A stretch of 64,000 nt of DNA, from assembly GCA_903852325.1 (NCBI GenBank), contig CAINQO010000080.1:2732-66731 (forward strand). Reading direction: 5' to 3'. Both the position numbers and the translations under genes were made by a program. Source of the DNA: Candidatus Omnitrophota bacterium (GTDB taxonomy: Bacteria; Omnitrophota; Gorgyraeia; Gygaellales; Profunditerraquicolaceae). Positions within the stretch are counted from its first letter, which is position 1. Every line of letters starts with the position of its first letter. The notes beneath the pieces were generated by a model. That model was not told the DNA's origin and did no database searches. It saw only the letters and a program-made list of their open reading frames with translations. Shown here in pieces: positions 8,664-18,817 of this stretch.

Positions 8664-9317
8664 TTATTGGGCCTGGGCGGCTGGCGCTGATTCCTGGACC
8701 GGAGCAGAGGTCGCTGCCGATTCCTGTGCCGGGGTAGAAATTGGCGTCGATTCCTGCATTGCAACCGGAGCAGAGGTCGCTGCCGATTCCTGTGCCGGGG
8801 CTGCCGGAGTAGAAACCGCTGCCGGTTCCTGGATTACGGGAGCCTGACTCATGTCGCCCGCAGCACCGGAGGCATTAACCGCCGGGGTTGCCGGAGCCAC
8901 GGCGGTGCTTTCTACCACCGGTGAAGAAGTATCTTCCGGTTTTTCCAAGCTGATATTCTTGGCGAGGTTGCGATTATCCGGGCTGCTGACATAATCGATA
9001 CTTAAAGTATCTTTTAATTTCAGCTCACTGAAATCCTTAACGTTTTCAAAGGTAGTTTTATCATCAACCGCTAAAACCAGGTCTTTTTCCTGGTCAGTTT
9101 CATAATCAAGGTACTTTAAAGTTATGGTTTTGGCTTGCGCGTCCAGGTCCGTCACTTCTCCCCAAGCCCACTGGATCTCCCCTTCTTTTGAGGCAGTTTG
9201 GTTAGTGATCAAAACGGAATCTGGAGTGGCGGCAGAATCCTGGGCAAAGACAATTTGCGCAGCAGTCAGCGTAATTATTGCAATCCCGGCCAAAACAACC
9301 ATTTTTTTCAAACTCAT
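8664..9317 (-). CDS. secreted low-complexity repeat protein (Ala/Pro/Ser/Gln-rich C-terminal repeats)
   Basis: N-terminal signal peptide and a strong RBS (AAGGAGG). The C-terminal half consists of ESAATSAPV-type repeats. Confidence 0.5.
   Translation of the reverse strand: MSLKKMVVLAGIAIITLTAAQIVFAQDSAATPDSVLITNQTASKEGEIQWAWGEVTDLDAQAKTITLKYLDYETDQEKDLVLAVDDKTTFENVKDFSELKLKDTLSIDYVSSPDNRNLAKNISLEKPEDTSSPVVESTAVAPATPAVNASGAAGDMSQAPVIQEPAAVSTPAAPAQESAATSAPVAMQESTPISTPAQESAATSAPVQESAPAAQAQ
8690..8840. repeat. degenerate tandem nucleotide repeat (period ~66 nt) inside the secreted repeat-protein gene
   Basis: The 34-mer ggagcagaggtcgctgccgattcctgtgccgggg occurs at 8701-8734 and again at 8767-8800. 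Partial copies flank both. Confidence 0.6.
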
Positions 9318-9339
9318 CTTATGCCTCCTTTAAAGTTAT

Positions 9340-9372
9340 TTTCAAACTATCACAAGTTGTGCGGCTTGTCAA
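9340..9372 (-). promoter_or_regulatory. candidate sigma70 promoter for the repeat-protein gene (TTGACA-17-TAGTTT)
   Basis: The minus strand has TTGACA at 9372-9367, and the -10 TAGTTT lies 17 nt downstream at 9349-9344. An AAGGAGG RBS sits 6 nt before the ATG. Confidence 0.4.
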
Positions 9373-9394
9373 GCTATCTATAAAACAGGAGATA

Positions 9395-9458
9395 AAGTTG
9401 TTGGCTGGGCTTGTTTTAGCCCAAGAATCAATAAAGCGCCGCTTTAACCCGGGCGCTT
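9395..9458 (-). terminator. putative intrinsic terminator at the end of bioY
   Basis: A GC hairpin (AGCGCC...GGCGCT) overlaps the last codons and is followed by a T-rich tract on the minus strand. A second small hairpin (GGGCTAAAACAAGCCC) follows. Confidence 0.35.
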
Positions 9459-9997
9459 ATCTTGGAATAAACCGCTGTTGCCAGGGAAATCTTCAGGAGA
9501 TCCCCCAGGATAAACGGGGCGAATCCCAGCAAAAATGCCTGCCCCCAGGAAGCGGAGATACTTATTTTAAGCCAAAACGTGCCGCTGAATAAAATTATAC
9601 AATCCGCAACCAATAATTTCAGAAAAACCTCCGGGGCAGCGGCCTTTTCTCTGTTCAGGAGGCTGCCGGCAAAAACAGAAGCCAGGACAAAACCGGCGAT
9701 ATACCCTCCGGTCGGCCCCAAAAGGTAAAGGCTCCCGCTTCCGGACCCGGTAAACACCTGTTGGCCGGTAAAACCCAGGAGCAAATAAGCCGACTGCGTA
9801 ATGGCCCCTAGTTTTCTTCCCAAAAGCGCAGCGCCCAGCAAGACAAAAAAAGTCTGCAGAGTAAGCGGCACAGGAGTAAACGGCAAGGGGATGCGCACGA
9901 AAGCCGATAAGGCAGTTAAAATAATAAAAGCGGTCACCGCCAAAACGCGGCAAAGCTTTTTATCGCTGATTAATTCTCTGGTAACAATGATCTCCAT
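9428..9997 (-). CDS. bioY: biotin transporter BioY (ECF S-component)
   Basis: 189-aa multi-TM protein with the LCRVLAVTAFIILTALSAFVRIPLPFTPVPLTLQTFFVLLGAALLG N-terminal pattern. Confidence 0.8.
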   Translation of the reverse strand: MEIIVTRELISDKKLCRVLAVTAFIILTALSAFVRIPLPFTPVPLTLQTFFVLLGAALLGRKLGAITQSAYLLLGFTGQQVFTGSGSGSLYLLGPTGGYIAGFVLASVFAGSLLNREKAAAPEVFLKLLVADCIILFSGTFWLKISISASWGQAFLLGFAPFILGDLLKISLATAVYSKISARVKAALY

Positions 9998-10054
9998 CTT
10001 AAACTCTCTCCTTATTTGATTTGGAATTCTATATATTATATATGAAAACCGGAT

Positions 10055-10098
10055 AATAGCAAAAAGAAACTGGGGTTAGATCTTTTTAGATCTAACCC
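10055..10098 (-). terminator. rho-independent terminator (perfect 12-bp stem GGGGTTAGATCT/AGATCTAACCCC) downstream of the small Cys-rich protein gene
   Basis: A perfect palindrome at 10071-10098 is followed on the minus strand by AGTTTCTTTTTGC. Confidence 0.55.
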
Positions 10099-10134
10099 CG
10101 TTGTTTTAACGCGGTTATCGAAAGTGGCGGCGGT

Positions 10135-10356
10135 TTATTCCTTGGCGATCGCCAAAGTAATCACTCCGGCTAAAATCAGGAACAAGCCGATACAGCCCTT
10201 AATGATCACTAATAGATCCGCCCAAAAATTCAGGAGCGCCAGGCCTCCTAAGCCTAAAAACACCAATCCCAGGATAACCTTAAGCGCCATCCCGCCGATC
10301 TTTTTAGAACCGCAGCAGCTTGCTTCTGTACCGCAACATTTCTTCTCATCTCCCAT
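10135..10356 (-). CDS. small Cys-rich membrane protein (N-terminal CCGTEASCCG motif plus two TM helices)
   Basis: 73-aa ORF with a strong terminator. The N-terminus has two Cys-Cys pairs, followed by hydrophobic helices. Confidence 0.4.
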   Translation of the reverse strand: MGDEKKCCGTEASCCGSKKIGGMALKVILGLVFLGLGGLALLNFWADLLVIIKGCIGLFLILAGVITLAIAKE

Positions 10357-10419
10357 TTTTGCCTCCTTAAAGATTGTTTTTCTCCTAAACCAACAGGCCT
10401 TTGGCTATGGCTAAGAAGC

Positions 10420-11334
10420 TTACGACGCCGGACGGCTTTTCCACCGGCGGTGGATCCAGCCCCATTCCGCCGGATACTTGCGGATGTAATTCTCGATTAT
10501 ATTCGTAAGCTTCTGGATATTTAAAAGAATGGTTTCCTGCGGATCCTGGGCCTCTTCTATTTTTAATTCCGGCTCGATAATTATCTTGTGCCGGTCACCC
10601 GGTTGGCGCAGAATAAAACAGGGCAGCAAAACCGCTTTTGTCCTTTGCGCCAGGATTACCGGGCCGGTGGCGGTGGCCGCTTTTACGCCGAAGAAATCCA
10701 CGAAAACCCCGCCGGTGCCGAAATTCTGGTCGATCGGTATAAAAATCACCTCATTATTCCGCAACGCGCTGATCGTGGCGTTTACGCAAGCGTTCCGCGG
10801 CTGGCTATAAATAGTTTTAACCCCGAATTTTTCCCTTTTCTTAAAAAATAACCGCTCCATCCTTTCATCGCGCATCGGCTTCATGATCCCGCCGATCTTA
10901 TAACCTTCCGTAGCCAGCCTGCCCAAAAGCAGGGGAAAATTTCCAAAATGCGCGCTGACCAGGATCACCCCCCGCCCCTGCTGCAGTGCTTTATCCAGAT
11001 TATCCCGGCCGCAAATTTCTACCCGGTCTTTTAAAAGCTGGGGCTTGTCGAAAAAAAACATCAGCTCCACCGCGCTTTTGGCGATATAAATAAAACAGTT
11101 TTTAGCGATCTCTTCGATCTCTTGCGCGGATTTTTCCCTGCCAAAAGCGGTGTTCAGGCTGCCCAGAGCGAGCTTTTTCTGTTTTTTGGCAAAAATATAC
11201 GCCATCCCCGCCATGTTTTTGGCAAAGGAATAAAGATAGGCGGTAGGAATTGCCCTGACGATCGAAGAACATATGCTTAAACCGAGCCAGGCCGCTGGCC
11301 GGCTAATACTTTGGCGGATTTTTTTAGCGTCCAT
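10420..11334 (-). CDS. lipid A biosynthesis lauroyl/myristoyl acyltransferase family (LpxL/HtrB-like)
   Basis: The layout is N-terminal TM then acyltransferase domain, as in lysophospholipid/LpxL acyltransferases. The 304-aa length fits and an HRRWK motif lies near the C-terminus. Confidence 0.7.
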   Translation of the reverse strand: MDAKKIRQSISRPAAWLGLSICSSIVRAIPTAYLYSFAKNMAGMAYIFAKKQKKLALGSLNTAFGREKSAQEIEEIAKNCFIYIAKSAVELMFFFDKPQLLKDRVEICGRDNLDKALQQGRGVILVSAHFGNFPLLLGRLATEGYKIGGIMKPMRDERMERLFFKKREKFGVKTIYSQPRNACVNATISALRNNEVIFIPIDQNFGTGGVFVDFFGVKAATATGPVILAQRTKAVLLPCFILRQPGDRHKIIIEPELKIEEAQDPQETILLNIQKLTNIIENYIRKYPAEWGWIHRRWKSRPAS

Positions 11335-11428
11335 ATGAATTTAGGTTAGCAAAATTATAGCAAACTGCCTTTAAATTGCAAGATAAATTGGCCGGGGCGT
11401 ACGCTTCTTTCCCCCCGCCGCCGAGATT

Positions 11429-11914
11429 TTAAAGCTTATAGCCGATTTTACGCAAGAGCTCCTTACGCCAGGCAACATCTGCGCTTTCTTCCAGCCCCTG
11501 GGGAGAGGCCCCGTCAATTACTCCCAATATCCCCCGGCCGCTTTGGCTGCGGGCGACAATTACCTCCACCGAATTAGCCGTAGCGCAATATATGTTGCAC
11601 ACCTCCGGGATATTTTTAATCGCGTTTAGGACATTGAGCGGATAAGCGTTTTTAAGAAAAACAATAAAACTGTGGCCGCAGCCCAGTTCCAGCATATTCT
11701 TGCGCGCCAGATCCAAAAGTTCCGGATCATTGCCTTCGCTTCTTACCCGGCATGCGCCCGAAGCTTCAGCAAAGGCCAGGCCGAATTTTATCCCCGGGAC
11801 GGCGCTGACCAGCGCCTCATAAAGATCCTCCACTGTCTTAATAAAATGGCTCTGCCCTAAAATAAAATTTAAATCCTGGGGTTTATTGATTTTCACGGCT
11901 TCCAGTTCCAGCAT
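11429..11914 (-). CDS. adenosine-specific kinase family protein (PF04008-like)
   Basis: 161 aa. Conserved blocks are [26 protein letters not shown] and [30 protein letters not shown]. Confidence 0.5.
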   Translation of the reverse strand: MLELEAVKINKPQDLNFILGQSHFIKTVEDLYEALVSAVPGIKFGLAFAEASGACRVRSEGNDPELLDLARKNMLELGCGHSFIVFLKNAYPLNVLNAIKNIPEVCNIYCATANSVEVIVARSQSGRGILGVIDGASPQGLEESADVAWRKELLRKIGYKL

Positions 11915-11965
11915 TCCAGCCTCCTTTTTTTCTTAAACGCTTTAAAGCCTAAGGCGTCCGCTCCT

Positions 11966-13378
11966 TTATTTGAGTTTAATTTTCCGGAACACTACCAGGT
12001 CTACGGGCAAGCTTCCGTGATAAGCTTTCAGCGCAGTTAAAGCGTGGTCCGGGTCACCCAAAAGTTTAAGCGGAATTTTTATGGTCAAAGAATCTCCGGA
12101 AATAACCGCGCGCACCAGCGGATCTTTCAGCCGGGCCTTACCGTCGAATATTTTACAGCTTTTGCCGATATTAATAATCCGGACCTTGGGCATCTGGGCA
12201 AAAGGCGTGCCCTGGCGGTAACCGAAAATATACAAGATTACGCCAAAGCGTATCCCGGATCTTTTCGGTTTATCCAGCCGCACAATAAGATTCCCCCCCT
12301 CAACGGCATAGCTGACTGATTCTTTTTCCGGAGCGGTTTCTTTTTTCAAGCCGGACGGGAATGTTTCTTCGCGGGCAAGATCAGAGGCGTCGGAGTAAAC
12401 CAGCTCCCTGCCCGGCACCGCTGTCTGAGGTTTTAATTCCAGTTCGGGATAATCGCTGAAAAGCTCGCTTTTCCTGGCGAAGGAAAGCAGATAAAAAGCG
12501 TGGGAAGCGGTCTGGCTTTTATAAAAGAGGATCGTCCGGTATTTTTTATCCACCTGCGCCGGGTTTAAATCCAGACGCAGCCAGCGGAGAGGGGAATCCT
12601 TGAACTTTTCCGGAGGGTTAAGCTCTAAATCCGGATGGTAAAACCGCGGTTTAGGCCAGCCGACGCAATGCACAAGATAAGGATAAACTTCCGGCCTGGG
12701 TATCCGGCCCTCAAGCTCACTCAACGCTATCTGCAGGAAAAGATAGAGGGTTTTATGGTCTACATTCACATCGGCCGGATGCGAAACAAAAATTTTATCC
12801 GGCTGGTAATCCAGGATCTGCCGGGAGATATCGGTGAGGATATTTTGCCCCACATATTCCACTCCGTAGGAAGGTTCATCTTTATAGGGGACCTTGGAGA
12901 TCCGGGTCAGCCGGTCGCGGAATGGCTTGCCGGCCTGCCAATATTTGGTAAAGATCTCAAAGGTGCCGTAATCCGGGTATCCTAAAAATACCAGGTCTTT
13001 TTCAGATAACCCTAAAAATTTCATCGCTTTGATCGCTTCCTTCTGGCGCACCTCCCCCAGGTGGATAAATTCACCCTGGCGCAGGGTAATCCTTCTTTCA
13101 TACACGATAAAAGCAAACTCATTATGGTCGCCGTTGGTCAAATAAACTATCCTGACCCGGGCCCCGGCTTTAAGCGCATCCTGGATCACTCCGGCGCAGC
13201 AAATCGCTTCATCATCCGGGTGCGGAACAAGAATCATGATCCTTTCATCTTTTTTAAATACCCCGAACTCCGCATGGCGGTCCTGTCCGGACAAGAGCGG
13301 CTTTTTTACGCCGGCACACCCACAGGACAATAAAACAAGCAGCAATATGAATAAGCTTATTTTGCGCATTTTCTTCAT
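11966..13378 (-). CDS. PIG-L/LmbE-family deacetylase lipoprotein with a C-terminal extension domain
   Basis: Lipoprotein signal (LLSCGC). HPDDE motif (VPHPDDEAICCAG) of the N-acetylglucosaminyl deacetylase family. Confidence 0.65.
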   Translation of the reverse strand: MKKMRKISLFILLLVLLSCGCAGVKKPLLSGQDRHAEFGVFKKDERIMILVPHPDDEAICCAGVIQDALKAGARVRIVYLTNGDHNEFAFIVYERRITLRQGEFIHLGEVRQKEAIKAMKFLGLSEKDLVFLGYPDYGTFEIFTKYWQAGKPFRDRLTRISKVPYKDEPSYGVEYVGQNILTDISRQILDYQPDKIFVSHPADVNVDHKTLYLFLQIALSELEGRIPRPEVYPYLVHCVGWPKPRFYHPDLELNPPEKFKDSPLRWLRLDLNPAQVDKKYRTILFYKSQTASHAFYLLSFARKSELFSDYPELELKPQTAVPGRELVYSDASDLAREETFPSGLKKETAPEKESVSYAVEGGNLIVRLDKPKRSGIRFGVILYIFGYRQGTPFAQMPKVRIINIGKSCKIFDGKARLKDPLVRAVISGDSLTIKIPLKLLGDPDHALTALKAYHGSLPVDLVVFRKIKLK

Positions 13379-13441
13379 TTTAGCATTTAACTGAATTTTT
13401 ACAAAGCTAAAACCTTAATTGACATTTACAAACCCTGAGGG

Positions 13442-14398
13442 ATGTTATACAATGCCTTTATGACCGCCAACATAGAAGACCATTACCGCCTGATCAGAAG
13501 GATCCTTCTGGCTGTACTGGCGTTAAACTGGACCGTGGCGCTGGCTAAGATCATCTACGGATTAAGCAGCCGCTGCTCCAGCATGACTGCGGACGGATTC
13601 CATTCTTTAGGCGACGGTACTTCCAATCTCATCGGGTTGATCGGAATCCATTTCGCCTGCCGGCCGGTAGACAAGGACCATCCTTACGGGCACAAAAAAT
13701 ACGAAACCTTATTCTCCCTGGGGATTGCCGCCATGCTCTTCCTGGTCTCCTGGAACCTGCTTAAGACAGGCTGGCTGCGTTTGCACCATCCGGTTGCCTT
13801 TCAGGCCGACTGGCGGAGTTTTACGATAATGCTGGTGACCTTGACGATAAACTTCCTGGTCATGCGCTATGAGTATAAAAAAGGCCGGGCTTTAAAAAGC
13901 GATATCCTGGTTTCGGATTCCCTGCATACCCGGACGGATATTTTTACTTCCTTGGCCGTAATTGTCTCTTTGATCGTAACCAGCCTGGGGTTTCCTTTGA
14001 TCGACCCTATCGTCACAATCATGATCTCCCTGTTTATCGGGTACGCTGCCTTTGAAATCGCCAAACAAAGCTCCGACGTCCTTTGCGATACCGCGGTCTT
14101 CCTGGATGACCAGAAGATTATCGACCTCGTATTAAAAACGGCCGGGGTAACTTCCTGCCATCAGATCCGCAGCCGCGGCCGGATGGACGATATCCATATC
14201 GATTTACATGTGCTGGTTAATCCCGATATGCACATGGATGACGCCCACCGGATAAGCGACAGCATCGAGGAAACGATCAAATCCGGTATTCCCGGGATTA
14301 CCGACGTGGTCGTGCATATGGAGCCCGATGACGAGACAAACATCCCCGGCACCGCGGGGAAAAAACCTGCTTTGCGCAAATCAAAATCTAAAAAATAA
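13442..14398 (+). CDS. cation diffusion facilitator (CDF) family divalent-metal efflux transporter
   Basis: HSLGDG signature, six TM helices and a C-terminal cytoplasmic domain. A divergent promoter (TTGACA at 13419-13424) lies upstream. Confidence 0.8.
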   Translation: MLYNAFMTANIEDHYRLIRRILLAVLALNWTVALAKIIYGLSSRCSSMTADGFHSLGDGTSNLIGLIGIHFACRPVDKDHPYGHKKYETLFSLGIAAMLFLVSWNLLKTGWLRLHHPVAFQADWRSFTIMLVTLTINFLVMRYEYKKGRALKSDILVSDSLHTRTDIFTSLAVIVSLIVTSLGFPLIDPIVTIMISLFIGYAAFEIAKQSSDVLCDTAVFLDDQKIIDLVLKTAGVTSCHQIRSRGRMDDIHIDLHVLVNPDMHMDDAHRISDSIEETIKSGIPGITDVVVHMEPDDETNIPGTAGKKPALRKSKSKK

Positions 14399-14400
14399 CC

Positions 14401-15903
14401 TCACCCTCTTTTCCTGCATAAGTAAAATACCGCAAGACCAATATCAAGCAGAAGGCAAAGCAAAATAAAATAATCTCCGTAACGGTTATAAATAGTGCGC
14501 CTGCCCGCAAACAGGCACACCTCCCCGCTCAAGTATCCCGGGACAAAAATCTCCTTGCCCCGGCGGTCGGCCACCATACCCAGGACCCTGCCTGCCGGAT
14601 CGATTATCCCGGAAATCCCTGTATTGGCTGCCCGGGCCAGGTAAACCCGGTTTTCTACGCAGCGAAAAACCGAAGCGGCAAAATGCTGGTAGGGGGCGCT
14701 GCTTTCTTTATACCAGGCGTCATTGGTGATATTTACCAGGAACCCGGCGCCGTTTTTAACAAACTCCCGGGAAAGCTCCGGAAAAAGATCCTCAAAACAA
14801 ATCAACACCCCGAAATCGGCCGGCCGCTCCGATAAAGCCGGGCGCAGGCGGAAAATGGTATATTCTTTACCCGGCGTGATATCCCCGATCGGAGCAATCG
14901 TCTCTAAAAAAGGGAATACATTCTTAAGCGGGATATACTCGCCGAAAGGGACCAGGTGCAATTTGTCGTAGGAAGCCGCAACCGAACCGGCGGGATTGAT
15001 CAGCAAAGCGCTGTTAAAATAATCTCCCGCGGAAAATGAAACTGCCCCGGTTAAAATCTCCGTCTGCAGCCGGCCGGCCAGGGAAAAAACCCGGTCATAT
15101 TCCTGCTTATCCCTTCCCCACAAACCCGGCACAGAAGCCTCCGGCCAAATGATCAGATCCGGCCTGTCTTTAACGGCGGCAAGGCTCAACTGTTCATAAC
15201 GCTCCTGGATAAAATCTACCTGTTGCCTATCCCACTTCAGCTCCTGGGCGATATTGCCCTGGATCACTGAAATTCTTACCCGGCCCTGCGTATTACGGTC
15301 CGGCGGCTGATTTAATTTAACCCAACCGTAACCGGTAACCAAAAAAAGCAGAAAAAAAGTAATGCCGAATATTTTTTTTCCGGCGGATTTACGCAAAAGT
15401 AAATAAAACGCGGCATTGACTAAAATTACCAGGAAGGAGACCCCCCAGGCCCCGGTAATGTCGGCGACCTGGATAACCGCTAAATTTTTGTATTGGGAAA
15501 AGCCGGTCAAGGCCCAGGGCAGCCCGGTAAATAAATGGCTGCGCAGATATTCCAGTAAAACCCAGCCGGCCGGGAGAAAAAATAAGCGGCCGACCGGCGG
15601 AATGAAACGCGCTAAATAAATAATGCCGCCAAAAAGGGCAAAATAAACGGAAAGATATAAAATTAAAACTATCTGGCCCAGGAGGGTTACATGCACCAGC
15701 CACCAGACGCAGATGCTCCAGAAAACCAAACCGCATAAAAAAGCGATAAACAGGGAGGAACGCATGGATTTATTTTCCAGGGCAATGAAAAGAGGGATAA
15801 AAGCACACCAAGCAAGCGGCCAAAGATTGAAACTGGAAAAGGAAAGGGAGGACAATACTGCCGCGAGGATAGCCAGGCCGGCGGGCATCATTCTCCGCAG
15901 CAC
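14401..15903 (-). CDS. lnt: apolipoprotein N-acyltransferase
   Basis: N-terminal multi-TM region plus a CN-hydrolase domain containing the CFEDLFPE catalytic-Cys motif. 500 aa. Confidence 0.8.
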   Translation of the reverse strand: MLRRMMPAGLAILAAVLSSLSFSSFNLWPLAWCAFIPLFIALENKSMRSSLFIAFLCGLVFWSICVWWLVHVTLLGQIVLILYLSVYFALFGGIIYLARFIPPVGRLFFLPAGWVLLEYLRSHLFTGLPWALTGFSQYKNLAVIQVADITGAWGVSFLVILVNAAFYLLLRKSAGKKIFGITFFLLFLVTGYGWVKLNQPPDRNTQGRVRISVIQGNIAQELKWDRQQVDFIQERYEQLSLAAVKDRPDLIIWPEASVPGLWGRDKQEYDRVFSLAGRLQTEILTGAVSFSAGDYFNSALLINPAGSVAASYDKLHLVPFGEYIPLKNVFPFLETIAPIGDITPGKEYTIFRLRPALSERPADFGVLICFEDLFPELSREFVKNGAGFLVNITNDAWYKESSAPYQHFAASVFRCVENRVYLARAANTGISGIIDPAGRVLGMVADRRGKEIFVPGYLSGEVCLFAGRRTIYNRYGDYFILLCLLLDIGLAVFYLCRKRG

Positions 15904-18809
15904 TTCTTATATTTTTTTCCCGAGCCGCAAGGGCAGGGTTCATTGCGCCCCACCTTCTGCTGGGCCTGCGCGGGTTTTGCCGCTTGAGCGGCGGATGGCC
16001 CGGAGGGCAGCGCAGCGCTCTCCTGGGAGGAAGCATTGACGGCAAAATTGGCGGATTCCGGATGGCTTAACTCCGTGGGCAAAGAACTGAATACCCCCTG
16101 AAACCTTTCCGGACGGGCCGCCTCTAATTTATAAACGGTCTGCACGGCATCTTCTTCGATAGCGCCGATCATCTGGGAAAACATTTCAAAAGCCTCGCGC
16201 TTATATTCGATCAACGGGTCCCTTTGCCCGTAAGCGCGCAGGCCGATCCCCTCGCGCAAACTATCCATGGCATAAAGGTGGTCTTTCCATTTGCTGTCGA
16301 TGATCTGCAGAAAAACCATGCGCTCCAGATTCCGCAGCATTTCTGCGCCGATCAATTTTTCTTTATTCTCGTAAGCCTTCAAGAGCTCCGCGGTCAATTT
16401 CTCTTTAGCCTCGGCATCATTTTGCCCGTTAAATGCCTGCGGATCAAGCTGCAGCCCGAAATTCAAGTTCATAAAATTAGTCAAGCCGGCGCTGTCCAAT
16501 TCCGCCGATTCCGCCTGCTTGTAAATTTTTGAATAATCGTCGACCAGGCGGGCAATGATCTCGATAATGTTCTCCCGTAAAGAAAACCCTCCCAGGATCT
16601 GACGGCGCTGGCCGTAAATTATCTCCCGCTGCTTATTCATTACATTGTCGTATTCCAGGAGCTGTTTGCGGATCTCGAAATTATGCTGCTCAACCCGCCT
16701 TTGGGCGATCTCGATGGAACCGCTCACCCAGGGATGTTCGATAACCTGGCCTTCCTCCAACCCCAGCTTTTCCATTAACCCGATGATCCGGTCGCTTCCG
16801 AACAGCCGCATCAGATCATCTTTTAAAGACACATAAAAACGGGAACTGCCCGGGTCCCCCTGCCGGCCGCTCCGGCCGCGCAGCTGGTTGTCGATCCTCC
16901 TGGCTTCATGGCGCTCGGTACCTAAAACATGCAGCCCCCCCAGCTCCACCACCTTATTATGCTCTACCGCGGCAGCCGCTTTATAATGCTCCAGTATTTT
17001 TTTGTATTCAACGGCGTAATTAGGATCCTGGGGATCTAATTTCTGCTTGGCCACGTTCCTGGCGACAAATTCCGGGTTGCCTCCCAAAAGAATGTCCGTG
17101 CCTCGGCCGGCCATGTTCGTGGCGATAGTTACCGCTTTATAGCTTCCGGCCTGGGCGATGATCTGGGCCTCCATTTCATGGTATTTAGCGTTGAGGACCT
17201 GGTGCTTAACCCCCCGGCGCTTAAGCATCTCCGAAAGTTTTTCCGATTTATCAATGGTGACCGTACCCACCAAAACCGGTTTTCCCGAATTACTCAATTC
17301 CACGATCTCTTCGACTACCGCGGCAAATTTCTCTTCTTCTGTTTTAAAGATACGGTCCGGATAATTCTTGCGTACTAAAGCCTGGTTGGTCGGCAAAACG
17401 ACCACATCCAGCTGATAAATACTTTTGAATTCATTGGCCTCGGTAAAAGCGGTCCCGGTCATCCCCGCCAATTTTTCATACATCCGGAAATAGTTCTGGA
17501 AGGTGATCGTCGCCAACGTCTGGTTTTCCCGTTCGATCTTCATCCCTTCTTTGGACTCGACCGCCTGGTGCAGGCCGTCGCTCCAGCGCCGCCCGGGCAT
17601 TAAGCGGCCGGTGAATTCATCGACGATGATCACCTCTCCGTCTTTGACCACATAATCCACATCCCGCTCGAAGAACTCCTTGGCGCGCAGCGCCTGGATC
17701 GTATGATGGCGGTACTCGATCGTCTCCAGCGCGTGCAAAGTATCCACCCCCCAAAGCCTGGAGGCCTTGATCTCTCCGGCCTCGGTGAGGGCGACGGTCT
17801 GGGCCTTTTCATCCGCCACATAATCAAAGCCTTTACCCAGGTCTATCCCCTTGTATTTTGCGTCAATCTCATCCCGCTCGGTCACCCGGCGGCCGGTCAG
17901 CTGTTCCACGATTTTCTTGGCGGTATAATATTTATCCGTGGATTCTTCCGCCGGGCCGGAAATGATCAGCGGGGTGCGCGCTTCATCGATCAAAATGGAA
18001 TCCACCTCGTCCACGATCGCATAATAAAACGGGCGCTGCACCAGGTCCCCGGTAGAATATTTCATATTATCGCGCAGGTAATCAAAGCCGAATTCATTAT
18101 TGGTGCCGTAAGTGATGTCACAGGCATAGGCGATCTTCCTTTGTTCATCCGACATATCGTGCTGGATGGTGCCGACGGTAAGGCCGAGAAACTCATAGAT
18201 CGGCCCCATCCATTCCCGGTCGCGCCGGGCCAGATAATCGTTGACCGTAACCACGTGCACCCCCTTACCCAGCAAAGCGTTAAGGTAGGCAGCCAGGGTC
18301 GCCACCAGGGTCTTACCTTCCCCGGTAGACATTTCGGCGATGCGCCCTTCATGCAGGATCATCCCGCCGATGATCTGGACGTCAAAATGCCTCAGGCCGA
18401 TCGTGCGCCGGCTGGCCTCGCGGACCACCGCAAAAGCCTCCGGAAGGATCCCGGCAAAGATCCGGTTGCGGCTGATCTTTAATTTTTCTTTCAGCTTTTC
18501 TTTTTCTTCGGGCATCGCCACGTTAAGCATCGCCTGCTGCAGTTCTTCCAGTTCAGAATTGATCTTGGCGGATTCTTCCCACAAATGCCGGCGGAATACC
18601 TCGGTCTTGGCGGCCAGTTCGGCGTCGGTCAAAGCGCTGATCCGCGGTTCCAGGGAATTGACCTGGGCGGCCAGCCTGGACAACTCCACCATTTTATCCA
18701 TCGACGGGGAAGGCAGTTCCGCGTGCAAAGTGACCTTTAACCCCGGATACCTTTTACTGATCTGGGCCTGCTTACTCTGGAGCAGGAGTTTTTTAATTAA
18801 ACCTAACAT
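15888..18809 (-). CDS. secA: preprotein translocase ATPase SecA
   Basis: 973 aa with DEAD-like motor motifs and the C-terminal zinc-binding [14 protein letters not shown] tail. Confidence 0.95.
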   Translation of the reverse strand: MLGLIKKLLLQSKQAQISKRYPGLKVTLHAELPSPSMDKMVELSRLAAQVNSLEPRISALTDAELAAKTEVFRRHLWEESAKINSELEELQQAMLNVAMPEEKEKLKEKLKISRNRIFAGILPEAFAVVREASRRTIGLRHFDVQIIGGMILHEGRIAEMSTGEGKTLVATLAAYLNALLGKGVHVVTVNDYLARRDREWMGPIYEFLGLTVGTIQHDMSDEQRKIAYACDITYGTNNEFGFDYLRDNMKYSTGDLVQRPFYYAIVDEVDSILIDEARTPLIISGPAEESTDKYYTAKKIVEQLTGRRVTERDEIDAKYKGIDLGKGFDYVADEKAQTVALTEAGEIKASRLWGVDTLHALETIEYRHHTIQALRAKEFFERDVDYVVKDGEVIIVDEFTGRLMPGRRWSDGLHQAVESKEGMKIERENQTLATITFQNYFRMYEKLAGMTGTAFTEANEFKSIYQLDVVVLPTNQALVRKNYPDRIFKTEEEKFAAVVEEIVELSNSGKPVLVGTVTIDKSEKLSEMLKRRGVKHQVLNAKYHEMEAQIIAQAGSYKAVTIATNMAGRGTDILLGGNPEFVARNVAKQKLDPQDPNYAVEYKKILEHYKAAAAVEHNKVVELGGLHVLGTERHEARRIDNQLRGRSGRQGDPGSSRFYVSLKDDLMRLFGSDRIIGLMEKLGLEEGQVIEHPWVSGSIEIAQRRVEQHNFEIRKQLLEYDNVMNKQREIIYGQRRQILGGFSLRENIIEIIARLVDDYSKIYKQAESAELDSAGLTNFMNLNFGLQLDPQAFNGQNDAEAKEKLTAELLKAYENKEKLIGAEMLRNLERMVFLQIIDSKWKDHLYAMDSLREGIGLRAYGQRDPLIEYKREAFEMFSQMIGAIEEDAVQTVYKLEAARPERFQGVFSSLPTELSHPESANFAVNASSQESAALPSGPSAAQAAKPAQAQQKVGRNEPCPCGSGKKYKKCCGE

Positions 18810-18817
18810 ACTTTCCT

